Positions 52,250-64,000 of a stretch of 64,000 nt of DNA are shown piece after piece; position 1 is the first letter of the stretch; each line of letters starts with the position of its first letter. The DNA comes from Octopus bimaculoides (Eukaryota). Made by a program: the position numbers and the translations under genes. The stretch spans positions 95,847,201-95,911,200 of the forward strand of contig NC_068988.1 of assembly GCF_001194135.2 (NCBI RefSeq), written 5' to 3'. Below the pieces are notes generated by a model. That model saw nothing but the letters and a program-made list of their open reading frames with translations, searched no databases and was not told where the DNA came from.

Positions 52250-53134
52250 AAGATCAATGTCTGGTCTTTTGGTCTCTTTTGCAAACTCTACTTTCTGGTA
52301 TGATGGCGAATTGAGAGAATCATTTTCTATATTTTTCTCTTCCTCATTTCAAATATCTTTTCTGGGGGTTCCATCAAAACGATTTCATCTCGAAGCGAAT
52401 TTTTTTAGTTGGGGAAATCTGTGGAAGTGGGAGAGGTAAGTCTGCATAGAGGACTATGTCTGTATGCATAGTTTGATTGGTTTATTGGTGTGGGTGAGAT
52501 CTTTTTCAGTGGTGTAGGTGATACCCTTTTCTTGGTTGTGGAGTAGTTATCTGTTGCTAATGTTGTTGAGAGCATTTCTCTTGTTCCTTTTTGTGTTGCC
52601 GTTGCTGTTTTTGATGCTACTAATCTTGGTACTTCTGCTGTTGGTGCTGCTATTGTTGTTGTTGCTGCTTTTGTTATTGTTGTGGTGTAGCGTCGGTAGC
52701 ATAGGATTCGTGTCTTCCAACATTTTTTTTTTTTAGCAGTGGACAGAAAGCTCTTAGTTGGCTTGCTTCCCTACACATTGCATTTCAGTCTTTTGCTCTC
52801 AAATATTATATAAAGCTTCAAGCCATTCCAAAGTTTGACCGGATCAGGGATGACCTCCATGCTTCTTAGTCTGTTTGGGTTAATAGTTCCATCCCTGTGC
52901 CTGACAAGTCTTGCAAAATACTCCTTTTACTTTCTATGCCGTGTATTACGGCCACTGTAAAAAAGTCGATATCTACTTTTGGTGGTACTTCTATCACCTT
53001 TATTTTTACCATTCTCCGACCGAGATATGTAGAAACAAGGACTTGTTCATCACTCTTTAGCGTTGTTGTAGAATTTTCCTTCGCTTCTTCTTCCGTTGTT
53101 TTTATGCTTCAGATTACTTTAAGGAACTTTCCAA
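52250..53134 (-). mobile_element. Degenerate LINE ORF1 (gag-like, L1/Tx1-type)
   Basis: IKTTEEEAKENSTTTLKSDEQVLVSTYLGRRMVKIKVIEVPPKVDIDFF, a decayed knuckle (CREASQLRAFCP) and a T/A/P-rich low-complexity tail. Family is from recognition. Confidence 0.5.
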
Positions 53135-53480
53135 TCTGTGCCTGCGTCATCTTGCTTTGAGTACAATACATTTGTATATCATTATTCTCCAGCCAGGGTT
53201 TGACCACAATTTCCAGCAGCTTCAAATAGTCGTTTGTATTGGCCTTGTTCAAGGATGTACGGAGGCATTTTGGCATGTGGACGCAGCCAGAATATCTGCT
53301 GTGTTTCTTCCTGCTGGTCACAGCTTCGTAGCCTCCGTTGCAGTCATCCATGTCCCGTCTTACATCATTTACAATGTTCACAGAGCATTTAGCAGCTGTC
53401 ACGATGTCGACATTTTGATACCCGGCGAGAAACATCATCATAAAGGCGTTTCTGTATTAGGAAGGCTTCCAGTCCTGCAC
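53135..53480 (-). mobile_element. Internally deleted Tc1/mariner (maT/DD37D-like) transposase relic
   Basis: MMMFLAGYQNVDIVTAAKCSVNIVNDVRRDMDDCNGGYEAVTSRKKHSR (HTH region) is fused to NTNDYLKLLEIVVKPWLE; a frameshifted QDDA resembles the second catalytic Asp motif. Confidence 0.65.
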
Positions 53481-53824
53481 GCCAGCTAACTTTTTCCTCA
53501 ATTACAACTTTCATCATTATGCCCTCCCACGCCGTTGACTGTTCACCAGTGCATCAAGCTGTTCCTGAAAAAACAGGTTTTTAAAAATCGTCCAATTTTC
53601 CCCGAACACCCAATAGCATTTCTCTGGTGCTAGGATTGAAGAGAAAACCAACTTGGCAGATTCCAGACCTCATGAAGCTCATATCGAGTGAAAATGTAAT
53701 CGATTTAATCCAACTAAATACTTGATTGGTAATTTTTCACTTGACGGCGATGAGATTTGAACTCTGAAACTACGACTACTAAATATAATAATGGCCCCAA
53801 ACTTAGTCACAAGGTCGCGCATTT

Positions 53825-53930
53825 GGGACGAGTAAACAGTTGATTATATCAACCCCAGTACATCACTGGTATTAATTGTATCGATCATGGAATAATGAAA
53901 AGTAAACTCGCCCTCGTGTGACGTAACTTA
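53825..53930 (-). mobile_element. Family A SINE, degenerate reverse copy
   Basis: TTGATTATATCAACCCCAGTA..CACTGGTATTAATTGTATCGAT..AATGAAAAGTAAACTCGCCCTCG is the reverse complement of the family A body. Confidence 0.65.
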
Positions 53931-54564
53931 ATGCAGTGAATTTTTTCCGGCGCTCTACCAATTATCTCACTTATCACTTGCCTTATCATTAACGACGTTA
54001 ATAATACAGCAAGAGAACGTATTTCTATTTTATCATATTCTCCGTGATGTTAATTTGTCGCCCTAAAACTCAGACACGTATTTGATGAAATGAAATATTG
54101 TATAAAACCTTATTATCTGTGTTCTTACGTGCTTCAATATCGACCAGCAGGAAATGTGCTCGAAGCTATCAAACTATTATGTTATTGTTGTAAGAGAAAA
54201 TAGAGAAATGGTGCGAGGTAAGGCGTTTATTGAATGGGATATTGATAATTTAGTCGTAATTATGCTATTTTGAGATAAACATCAGCGTTGATAATAGCGA
54301 AACATTTTAATCTAATCAGTCACTTCTGAAAATAAACAAAAATAAAGAATCTCGAGACAACTAAACAAACGAACCATTGATGGGATTAAATTAACTGCAA
54401 CTACAACTTCTAACCAAAAAGATATGAACTCTAAGCAAAAGTTTCTCAAATTTGTCAAGTTGAGTTAAACGGTGTTGGCGAGAGAATGTAAGAATTTTGA
54501 TGTCTCAAAACGAAACAAAAGCTAAAGATTCCTTCTGCCCGAACATAATCTCTCTACCACCAAT

Positions 54565-54830
54565 CTCCTTACAGTGACTTGTCGTGGCCGCACAGAGGGA
54601 CCTTACATCCCTATGTTAAACTATAAGGGACATCGGAGCAGCAATGAACCCAGCGAGGTAGGTGCACTGGCCCACCTTTACGTGAACATGCTTTAATGTC
54701 ACTCAACTACTACCCCAGCCGCGGACTAAGATCAAGAGCAGTTAAGATTCAGCCATTAATGGGAACCTGTCTTGGAGAAGGTTCCTCTTAACAAAATCTA
54801 CTAGCACTTGATTCTGTGTCGCATACCAGC
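54565..54830 (+). mobile_element. Possible RTE-type LINE 5' UTR relic
   Basis: CTTGTCGTGG at the start and GGGAACCTGTCTTGGAGAAGG downstream resemble recurrent RTE 5' UTR motifs; no coding confirmation. Confidence 0.35.
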
Positions 54831-55617
54831 AGACGGTTTAGAAGTAAAAAGTCGAAGAAGGGCTTATGCTGTTAACAGCTACAACAGTCTTGTAAGGAGT
54901 TGCGCAGTCCTTAAACAGTATTATGAAATGTAAGTCTGAAGGAAACAGCTATTGAAAATCCTTAAGTTCTAGCGGTGAGAATGCGTAGGAATCGTGCTGA
55001 AACTACTGGAGATGTGAGAAGAACCGAAATGGTTGCAAGAACTGGAGAGCTGCTTAATGATAAAACAAAAACGGAATGGTAAAGACGAAGTCAGCTCTGC
55101 CGAGACTTGAAGTACAAACGCAGGGTATATAACAAGCATACTCAAAGGCTTATTCGACCGTTTCTCTTGATTCAAATAATATACCCCCACCCCTTTCACC
55201 ACTCTAAGAAAGTACTAAAAAAATTCCCATTGCTTAGATGTTCTTTTTTCTCTTTTCTTTGCTGCATATAACACAACTCTTCGTCAAAACATCTCATTTT
55301 GCTATTATTTTCCAGAAGAAAGTTTTTGTTTTTCAATTTAAAACCACAATTCTAATTTATTAACTGATTAAATAAAATTTATTCTTTACGTAATTTAGTT
55401 TTGCTTAATTCATTACATTTTTCTTCTCTTGTTTGGTTTTGTTATTGACCAAAAGTCTATTTGACGCCAAATGAAAATTACTAATTAAAACGGTTTTATT
55501 CCAGGAAATGTCATCTCAGATCTCACTACTGTCAACCATTACCGTCTTGAGTATCATATAACAATGGTGTTATACATATATATAGAGACGTTTGCGTGTA
55601 TAGATAGACAGATAGAC

Positions 55618-55683
<66 letters not shown>

Positions 55684-55695
55684 GGAAACAATATA

Positions 55696-56195
55696 CAGGG
55701 TGGCGCACGAAAAAGTAGTCCGGATTTCGTAGTATAATGTAAATACAAAAATAAATTTATACGGAAAAGAGCCATCCTTTTGTTTGCAAGTGTCATTTCG
55801 AATGCTTGTAACTGCTGAACAAAGATGGCGCACTAGTCGACTGTTTGCTACGTTGTTCTCACCGCATCCTCACCACATCGGTTGCTTGTAAGATTGCATT
55901 TAGTGAACATCTCTAGTCTTTTCTGCAAGATGATGCACTCAATACCCAAAAAGGTGGAGATTGTAGAAGTGTACGAGAGAACTGGTTATGTTAAGCAAAC
56001 GCGTGTAAGTTTTGAAGTCAAGTTCCCGGGTAATGGCTTACTGGCAAAGAGAACGATACAATTACCTTTTTAAGAAGTGACCCGCTACGGGGTCAGTGCA
56101 CAACGTCCCCAAAACAAAGAGACCCTACAATTTTAACGCTGGAAGCTATTCAGAACATTTGCCAAAGGTTTACTCGAAGTTCAAAGAAATGAACA
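55696..56195 (+). mobile_element. 5' half of a Tc1/mariner transposon (TIR plus DUF4817-type HTH)
   Basis: TA|CAGGGTGG terminus. ATG at 55930 gives MMHSIPKKVEIVEVYERTGYVKQTRVSFEVKFPGNGLLAKRTIQ..ATGSVHNVPKTKRP..RFTRSSKK*. Confidence 0.8.
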
Positions 56196-56399
56196 AGTAA
56201 ATTGATGCAGCGGTTTCACATAAACTAGAGGTACATATAAGTGTGTGTGTGTGTGTGTGTGATACAGAGAGAGAGAGAGAGAGAGAGAGAGTCTCTCGTA
56301 AAATAACTATATTATTTTGTCTGGAATAGTATCCAAACCCAAATTACATATATTCACAATTATAAAACCAGCCATCTGTGCTGTGCATGCGCGCGCGCA

Positions 56400-56490
<91 letters not shown>

Positions 56491-57821
56491 TACCTATTTT
56501 ATAATAAAAACAATACACCCTAAACACACTCAGCTAAAAATTATCATGTTAGTATTTTAAGCTTCAGCATTGTACGTTTTCAAGATGATGCACGTTTCAT
56601 TCATGTGTAATATCTCTTGCTTTTCGCTGCAAGCGCATGGAATGACACTTAAAACATGACAGCTTCTTATCTTAGTGCTGTGTTGGTCTGCTTGTTTATT
56701 AGACACCAATAGAAATGTAGGTTTTATTGCTCTTGTTGTAGATATCGGTGTTGTCTCCTTTGTTGAACTAAAACGCATCTCTCTTTTTTTTTTTCTTTTT
56801 TCCACTGTATCCATCTCTTTATTATCGCCTAAGAGTAAAATCCTCTTTATCATTTGAAATGATAGTCGCAATAAAAGATTTCTAATAGCATCAAGGTCTT
56901 TTGCACGTTGCAACAAGGGCGATGCAGAGTGGCTGAGTTTGCTGTCACCGTTTTTGGTTCATAACAATGTCTCGTCGGCTCTTAATTCCGAATTAGATTT
57001 TTCTCATTTTTGTATTTCATTTCCATATGTATGTGTGTGTATGTATGTATATCTATCTATTTATCTATCTATCTAGCTATTTATCTATTTGTCTGTCTGT
57101 CTGTCTGTATGTATGTATGTATGTATGTATGTATGTATGTATGTATGTATGTATATAGCCAGCTACAAGTGGCATAGAAGAATTTATGAGCGCACTGGTA
57201 GACATCTGCCATATACAAAATACAATGATATATATATATATATATATATATANNNNNNNNNNNNNNNNNNNNNNNNNNNNNNNNNNNNNNNNNNNNNNNN
57301 NNNNNNNNNNNNNNNNNNNNNNNNNNNNNNNNNNNNNNNNNNNNNNNNNNNNNNNNNNNNNNNNNNNNNNNNNNNNNNNNNNNNNNNNNNNNNNNNNNNN
57401 NNNNNNNNNNNNNNNNNNNNNNNNNNNNNNNNNNNNNNNNNNNNNNNNNNNNNNNNNNNNNNNNNNNNNNNNNNNNNNNNNNNNNNNNNNNNNNNNNNNN
57501 NNNNNNNNNNNNNNNNNNNNNNNNNNNNNNNNNNNNNNNNNNNNNNNNNNNNNNNNNNNNNNNNNNNNNNNNNNNNNNNNNNNNNNNNNNNNNNNNNNNN
57601 NNNNNNNNNNNNNNNNNNNNNNNNNNNNNNNNNNNNNNNNNNNNNNNNNNNNNNNNNNNNNNNNNNNNNNNNNNNNNNNNNNNNNNNNNNNNNNNNNNNN
57701 NNNNNNNNNNNNNNNNNNNNNNNNNNNNNNNNNNNNNNNNNNNNNNNNNNNNNNNNNNNNNNNNNNNNNNNNNNNNNNNNNNNNNNNNNNNNNNNNNNNN
57801 NNNNNNNNNNNNNNNNNNNNN

Positions 57822-57879
<58 letters not shown>

Positions 57880-59111
57880 TGTGTGTCTGTGTGTGATTGG
57901 TAACAACTTCTCCTTGCACATGCTGTTACACAACCATTTTTCCACACAGCCACTCATGTGTTGGGTAATAACGCTACGGCTAAGAGAACATTCTCGACAT
58001 CAACTTCTTTGTCCTGTTGACCACTCGATCATAGGAGCTGGGTCCATTGTACTGTTACTTCCGGAACGAAATCTCTTGCCAACTTTTTGGCAAAATGCCA
58101 AACAGCTTATTTTCAAACAGATTGGCTTTCATTTTTTTTTCTTTTTCCTCAGAACAGTTTAAAGATTTTACCTTTGGTCCAAATCGATGACGATTTACAG
58201 CAAACATGAATTTTCGAATTTTGTTCTTTAGGCGTTTTGTTCTTTAGGCGTTGAATCCTTTGGATATGAGATTGCTGTGCAGTTGTTATTTGAGTAGAGA
58301 AAATTTATCAATTTTCCAAGTGAAGAGAAAGTTTCTAAATTCTTGGATAACTTCAAGAAGAAAAAAGACAAAAAACATCAGAAAATTTCCTTGTTTTTTG
58401 TGCTTTGTTGTATTTCAACGTCACTGAAATTATGCAACTTCATCATGGCCGCCGTTTTCCCTCCTGAAAACAAATAATATGGTATTAAATCCCTTTACGT
58501 GATATTTCCAAATATATTTGATGAACTTGATTGAATTTCGGAACTCAAGTTGATGCTTGAAATTAAATGCCACCATCTGGAGGGGGGAATGGGAAAAAAC
58601 TATTCTTTAAAGCGTATAACTGACCGACAGAGTACCACATCCACCAATACACACGCACATACACTCACACACATACACTCACGCACATACACTCACACAC
58701 ATACAGCCACGCACATACACCCACACACATACACACACTCACACACACTCGTGCTAACTAGCGCAATATTCTGTGTTCTAAAACAACAATCACTTTTAAG
58801 TGGAGGTAAATATTATCTATTATTACCTATTGGTATTAACACTGCCTCTGTGTCTATTAATTTTATATATACATATAATACATACATATATATATATATA
58901 TATATANNNNNNNNNNNNNNNNNNNNNNNNNNNNNNNNNNNNNNNNNNNNNNNNNNNNNNNNNNNNNNNNNNNNNNNNNNNNNNNNNNNNNNNNNNNNNN
59001 NNNNNNNNNNNNNNNNNNNNNNNNNNNNNNNNNNNNNNNATATATATATATATGCATATATTTATATCCTTGCATGTAAGATAGATAGATAGATAGATAG
59101 ATCGATCGATC

Positions 59112-59161
<50 letters not shown>

Positions 59162-59512
59162 GGGTGAAAGAGTGGTGAGGAGATCCTAGTAATTTTCTTT
59201 TGCTCTCCTCCTGCTGATTCCTTACCGCTGTGATCGTTAGATTCTCAAAGTCTCTCCTGATAATTTCACTAATGATATGATTTCTAAGTATTTTGTCTTT
59301 GATATGAAATAATGCGAGATGTAAATATCATTTTATATTAATTGTAGAAAAGTATGTCTTTGATACGCGTCGCAGTGCACTCGATACACAATACCTACTC
59401 AATATAATCACACGTACGGAGATACATTCATACATAATCTATGTGACGTTGGTGCAGTCCTCATTGGTTTGCATGCATACGCAGATACGTGTGTGTGCGT
59501 GTGTGTGTGTGT

Positions 59513-59548
<36 letters not shown>

Positions 59549-60372
59549 GTGTGTGTGTGTGTAATCATATTTTGTCACAAATTTACTCATATTTATTATA
59601 TCTGAACACACGCACAAAAGCCTATGTGTGCACCTAGATATACATTCCACATAAATAATGAATACATACAATCATACGAACACATACAAAAACACGCGTT
59701 GTTTACATAGATATGCATACACATATATACGCATACATACACAAAATAACAAAATAACACAAAATACAACGAAATTTATTCTATTTGTGTGTTAGTGCGT
59801 GCATTTCTCTCTATATATGTGTGTGTGCATAAATGTGGCAATGTTCTACAGAATACAATCCATATGAAGGGATTCTATGCAGTTTGTGCATCCTCCTGTT
59901 TTCACTCACAATGTTTCGATCGGGTGGCAGTTAAAAAATAAAAGACATTCAAAATTCCTCGTCACAGGATCAAATTCAAACTTTTTGGTTTCAGAGTGAA
60001 TTTCTGAACCATTTTAATGGTGCAATCCTAATGTTAAAGAATGTAACTCGCAAATATTTTTTCGGTACGTATAAAGCTATATATTTATGCATTGTTTTGG
60101 CTATCCCACTAATGGACTACGAATGACAAATTAATTTATTTGCTCATTAATAGGGAAACTCGAGTATGGGATTAACTAAAAATAATAATTCTTTTCATTC
60201 TAGTGCCATTATCGGCATGCCTTTAGAATTATATTTTTGTGTTTGGGTTCCACTGCTCTTTTTAGCATGTAAGAAGTCCTGTCATGTGTCTTCTCTTCGT
60301 GTTCTGACCACCGATGTATAACTACGTCCGATTCTCTGATTGATACAGGCGCATATCTACATGTGTGTATAT

Positions 60373-60428
<56 letters not shown>

Positions 60429-61191
60429 NNNNNNNNNNNNNNNNNNNNNNNNNNNNNNNNNNNNNNNNNNNNNNNNNNNNNNNNNNNNNNNNNNNNNNNN
60501 NNNNNNNNNNNNNNNNNNNNNNNNNNNNNNNNNNNNNNNNNNNNNNNNNNNNNNNNNNNNNNNNNNNNNNNNNNNNNNNNNNNNNNNNNNNNNNNNNNNN
60601 NNNNNNNNNNNNNNNNNNNNNNNNNNNNNNNNNNNNNNNNNNNNNNNNNNNNNNNNNNNNNNNNNNNNNNNNNNNNNNNNNNNNNNNNNNNNNNNNNNNN
60701 NNNNNNNNNNNNNNNNNNNNNNNNNNNNNNNNNNNNNNNNNNNNNNNNNNNNNNNNNNNNNNNNNNNNNNNNNNNNNNNNNNNNNNNNNNNNNNNNNNNN
60801 NNNNNNNNNNNNNNNNNNNNNNNNNNNNNNNNNNNNNNNNNNNNNNNNNNNNNNNNNNNNNNNNNNNNNNNNNNNNNNNNNNNNNNNNNNNNNNNNNNNN
60901 NNNNNNNNNNNNNNNNNNNNNNNNNNNNNNNNNNNNNNNNNNNNNNNNNNNNNNNNNNNNNNNNNNNNNNNNNNNNNNNNNNNNNNNNNNNNNNNNNNNN
61001 NNNNNNNNNNNNNNNNNNNNNNNNNNNNNNNNNNNNNNNNNNNNNNNNNNNNNNNNNNNNNNNNNNNNNNNNNNNNNNNNNNNNNNNNNNNNNNNNNNNN
61101 NNNNNNNNNNNNNNNNTGTGTGTGTATGTATGTATGTATATGTATGTATATAGGTATGTATATGTATATCTATACATATTATATACATATA

Positions 61192-61235
<44 letters not shown>

Positions 61236-61750
61236 GCACACGCACACACGCACACACATAGATACACGTGGTAGTACGAATTATCTACTTGCTTTTCTAT
61301 GATTAATCAAGGAAGAAATGTAGACTCCTCTGATAAGAAACCAATAAGGGTAAAAAACTGAAAGGGTTTTCCCACATTCTTTTAATCTGCGGAGAAATAG
61401 TTAAAAATGCTGTTTATCTATTGCGTAGATTTACGTATATTAATCATCCCTTGATACTATGTGGACTGAGATCCCTGTTGACAGGACCCTGATATTTAAA
61501 AAAGTGCTAGTTACTTGTAACATGCAAATTAGTACTTGCAATTCTCGGAAGTTACGAGATTTAATGAGTATATAAACGAATTGGCTCATTGTTTGCCTAG
61601 GATTAGCCAAACGATGTAGATACATCTGATGAAATAAGTGCGACACGTTTGTGTGTCCACTATGTAGGTCTAGACACATATGTCTATCTCTCTCTCTCTC
61701 TCTCTCTGTATACATATATATGTATATATATATATATATATGTGTGTGTG

Positions 61751-61789
<39 letters not shown>

Positions 61790-62085
61790 CTATACACCCG
61801 AGTACGCACATATATATGTGAGTATATGAAAGTTTAACAGGATTTTATTATAATCGAACTAGAGTTTCGTTCAACCGACTTTTGGGATGACTACGGCATT
61901 CCTCGGCATAAGAGCAGATAGTATTAGTATTGTTTATCTAACATTTGAAAACAATGTCTGTCTGTCTGTCTCTACACGCTTCTTAGACAAGGCTATATGG
62001 AAAATATTGATATATCTGAATCAAAGTCTCTTTCCTCTCTCTCTTTCTATCTATCTCTACCCCTTCTCTTTCTCTTTCTCTATCT

Positions 62086-62125
<40 letters not shown>

Positions 62126-62361
62126 TTCTCTATCTCTAGAGACAATTTCTACGTACATATTTCGCTTAGTTATTTGATTCAGTCATTTTTTAACAATTGT
62201 AATTTCCTTTCATCAAATCATAGAAAAGAATAATGCCTCGTTTCGTTTCTTCTCTTGAGATTCACACTACCTCGCCTGTGTGCATGTACATTCGGATGTA
62301 TGTGACTATAAACATATATGTATATATATATTGACATACACATATATATTACACATGTGTA

Positions 62362-62413
<52 letters not shown>

Positions 62414-62442
62414 TGTGTGTATGCATACATACACACGCATAC

Positions 62443-62486
<44 letters not shown>

Positions 62487-63027
62487 TATCTATAATTCAA
62501 AAGAAACGCCGCTTCTATATCTGCCACTCTCCTGACTATCTCGTCTGAGGAGCGCTGTTTGACATGGGCCAATAGCACTGTATTTTATCGCTGAAAGTCT
62601 GAGGAAAATTTTCAAGTATGTGAACACTCTATTGGTCGTGAAATATATTCCTGAAAATCAGATCTTATGTCTTTCGAGGATTTCGATTATTTGGTGAACC
62701 TCAACCAAAACTTTTTGCAGACATAACACGTTGGGCTTTCACTCACAAAACTGCCCAATTAAATAGACATATATTTCACATACCTGAAAGACTCCACGTA
62801 ACAATGATATATATATGTATATAAACGCATATATACGCATATGTATATATACGTATACACACTTATATATACACATATGTATATATACGCATATATATAT
62901 ATATATACGCATATGTAATATACGTATACATACTTGTATAAACATACATACACATACGCACAAACACATACACACACACATAGAGTGAAAGAGAGAATGA
63001 GAGAGAGAGAAAGAGGCAGGGAGAAAT

Positions 63028-63072
<45 letters not shown>

Positions 63073-63595
63073 AAGAGACAAAGAGAGAGAGGGAAAATAA
63101 GAAAAAAATTAATTGAATGTAATTTTTTATTTCATATGACTACAATTGTTTCCACACATCGTATCACCAGTATTACACTGGTTAGGTGATATAATTAGCA
63201 TATTGCGTAATCACTATCATCCCTCAAAGGTCTGAGATATTTTTTTTCAGGTGATTGTTTGGAATAAGTCGTTCGTTAGACCATACTGTTATTTCGCTTT
63301 GTACAAGAATGAATCAGGTGGGAAAGTCGAGTGAGATGAATTTGTTCTGCAACGTCTATATAAATAAATATTTTGAATTTCATAGAGAATAATATAAAAT
63401 ACAATCATAAACTTGATAATATCGGGATTGGCCAGACAGGCTGCTTGTGCACCGCAGAAAAATACAACATATCTAATAAATTAAATAAATATGCTTGCCA
63501 AACAGAAGAAATTGTGTGAAATTATGTAACAGAGACCAGAATACCAATTTTAAAAATTTGTCCAAGTAATAAACAAGATAGATATCAAATGACAC

Positions 63596-63800
63596 GACAA
63601 TGGCAGAAATAGCAGAGGAAACACAAGAAAGCCAAAAGCAACAGGACACCAAAACGAAGTAACTAACAAATTATCCTCCGGAGAAGAATAACAATTTAGA
63701 AAGATTCTGTATAAAATCTAATCCTACAAAGAGTTTATGAGACGTATCGCTAAAAATAACTTACAAATGAGAAAGAATGATAACTATATGATGACGTAAT
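63596..63800 (+). mobile_element. Possible LINE ORF1 N-terminal relic
   Basis: MAEIAEETQESQKQQ and RKILYKI*SYKEFMRRIAKN resemble the start of Tx1-type ORF1; many stops. Confidence 0.28.
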
Positions 63801-64000
63801 TGACAGGTAGAGGACAATGGAAGTAGGTAAACAAATAAATAACTCGAGCAAAACAGGATACAGTTATGCGGGGGCAGGAGACCTTGTAATTTAACCCTTG
63901 AAAAACGGTACAGACAGATAAACCATTTTTCCAAAACAGGATATAGCTACCTGATCGACGAGCAGAACCAGAGAAACTATCAAACTATCAAATGGAAAGT

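Larger units (their letters stand above)
974..61116. other. Assembly gaps (18 N-runs)
   Basis: N-runs at 974-1273, 2557-2566, 3615-4533, 6385-6624, 9601-10333, 12852-12861, 17375-17944, 23884-24550, 27518-27569, 29307-29659, 30351-30532, 32921-32930, 40642-40656, 42983-43131, 48288-48608, 57253-57821, 58907-59039, 60429-61116. Most abut (TA)n, (TG)n or (CT)n tracts. Confidence 0.98.
1..64000. repeat. Dense microsatellites: (TA)n, (CA/TG)n, (CT/GA)n, (AAT)n, (AGT)n, (GATA)n, (GACA)n, (TATG)n
   Basis: Read directly, e.g. (AGT)n ~3376-3440, (AAT)n ~7030-7083, (GACA)/(GATA)n ~7125-7222, (TG)n ~13027-13088, (CT)n ~41449-41522 and ~45655-45746, (GATA)n ~55600-55682. They explain the YIYI, THTH, VCVC and LSLS ORFs. 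Confidence 0.97.

Noticed and set aside
877-61302. Long ORFs of 150-357 aa in the track
   Set aside because: They span N-gaps or translate microsatellites (YIYI, THTH, VCVC, poly-I/L/N) and carry no coding evidence.

Overview
This is AT-rich animal genomic DNA from a gapped short-read assembly. It has 18 N-gaps, mostly flanked by microsatellites, and two gap-flanking duplications that look like assembly artefacts. The SINE and LINE families I recognise point to an octopus genome (inference, no database search). I could not confidently identify any host protein-coding exon, tRNA, rRNA or CRISPR array; the long track ORFs are N-runs or translated microsatellites. The window holds decayed mobile DNA: tRNA-derived SINEs, three Tc1/mariner relics, L1/Tx1, RTE and RLE (R4/Dong-like) LINE fragments, an LTR with its polypurine tract, a hairpin MITE and degenerate minisatellites. 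The most interesting signal is a set of minimal type-I hammerhead-ribozyme-like motifs of the Penelope-associated kind (34074-34109 minus, 40758-40796 plus, 40511-40549 minus). They come from two unrelated repeats with different but compensating stems and share a non-canonical core, CUG-U-N-GA-A. One sits in a ~155-bp monomer arranged as a partial tandem plus an inverted copy, resembling a Penelope pLTR or a non-LTR retrozyme.
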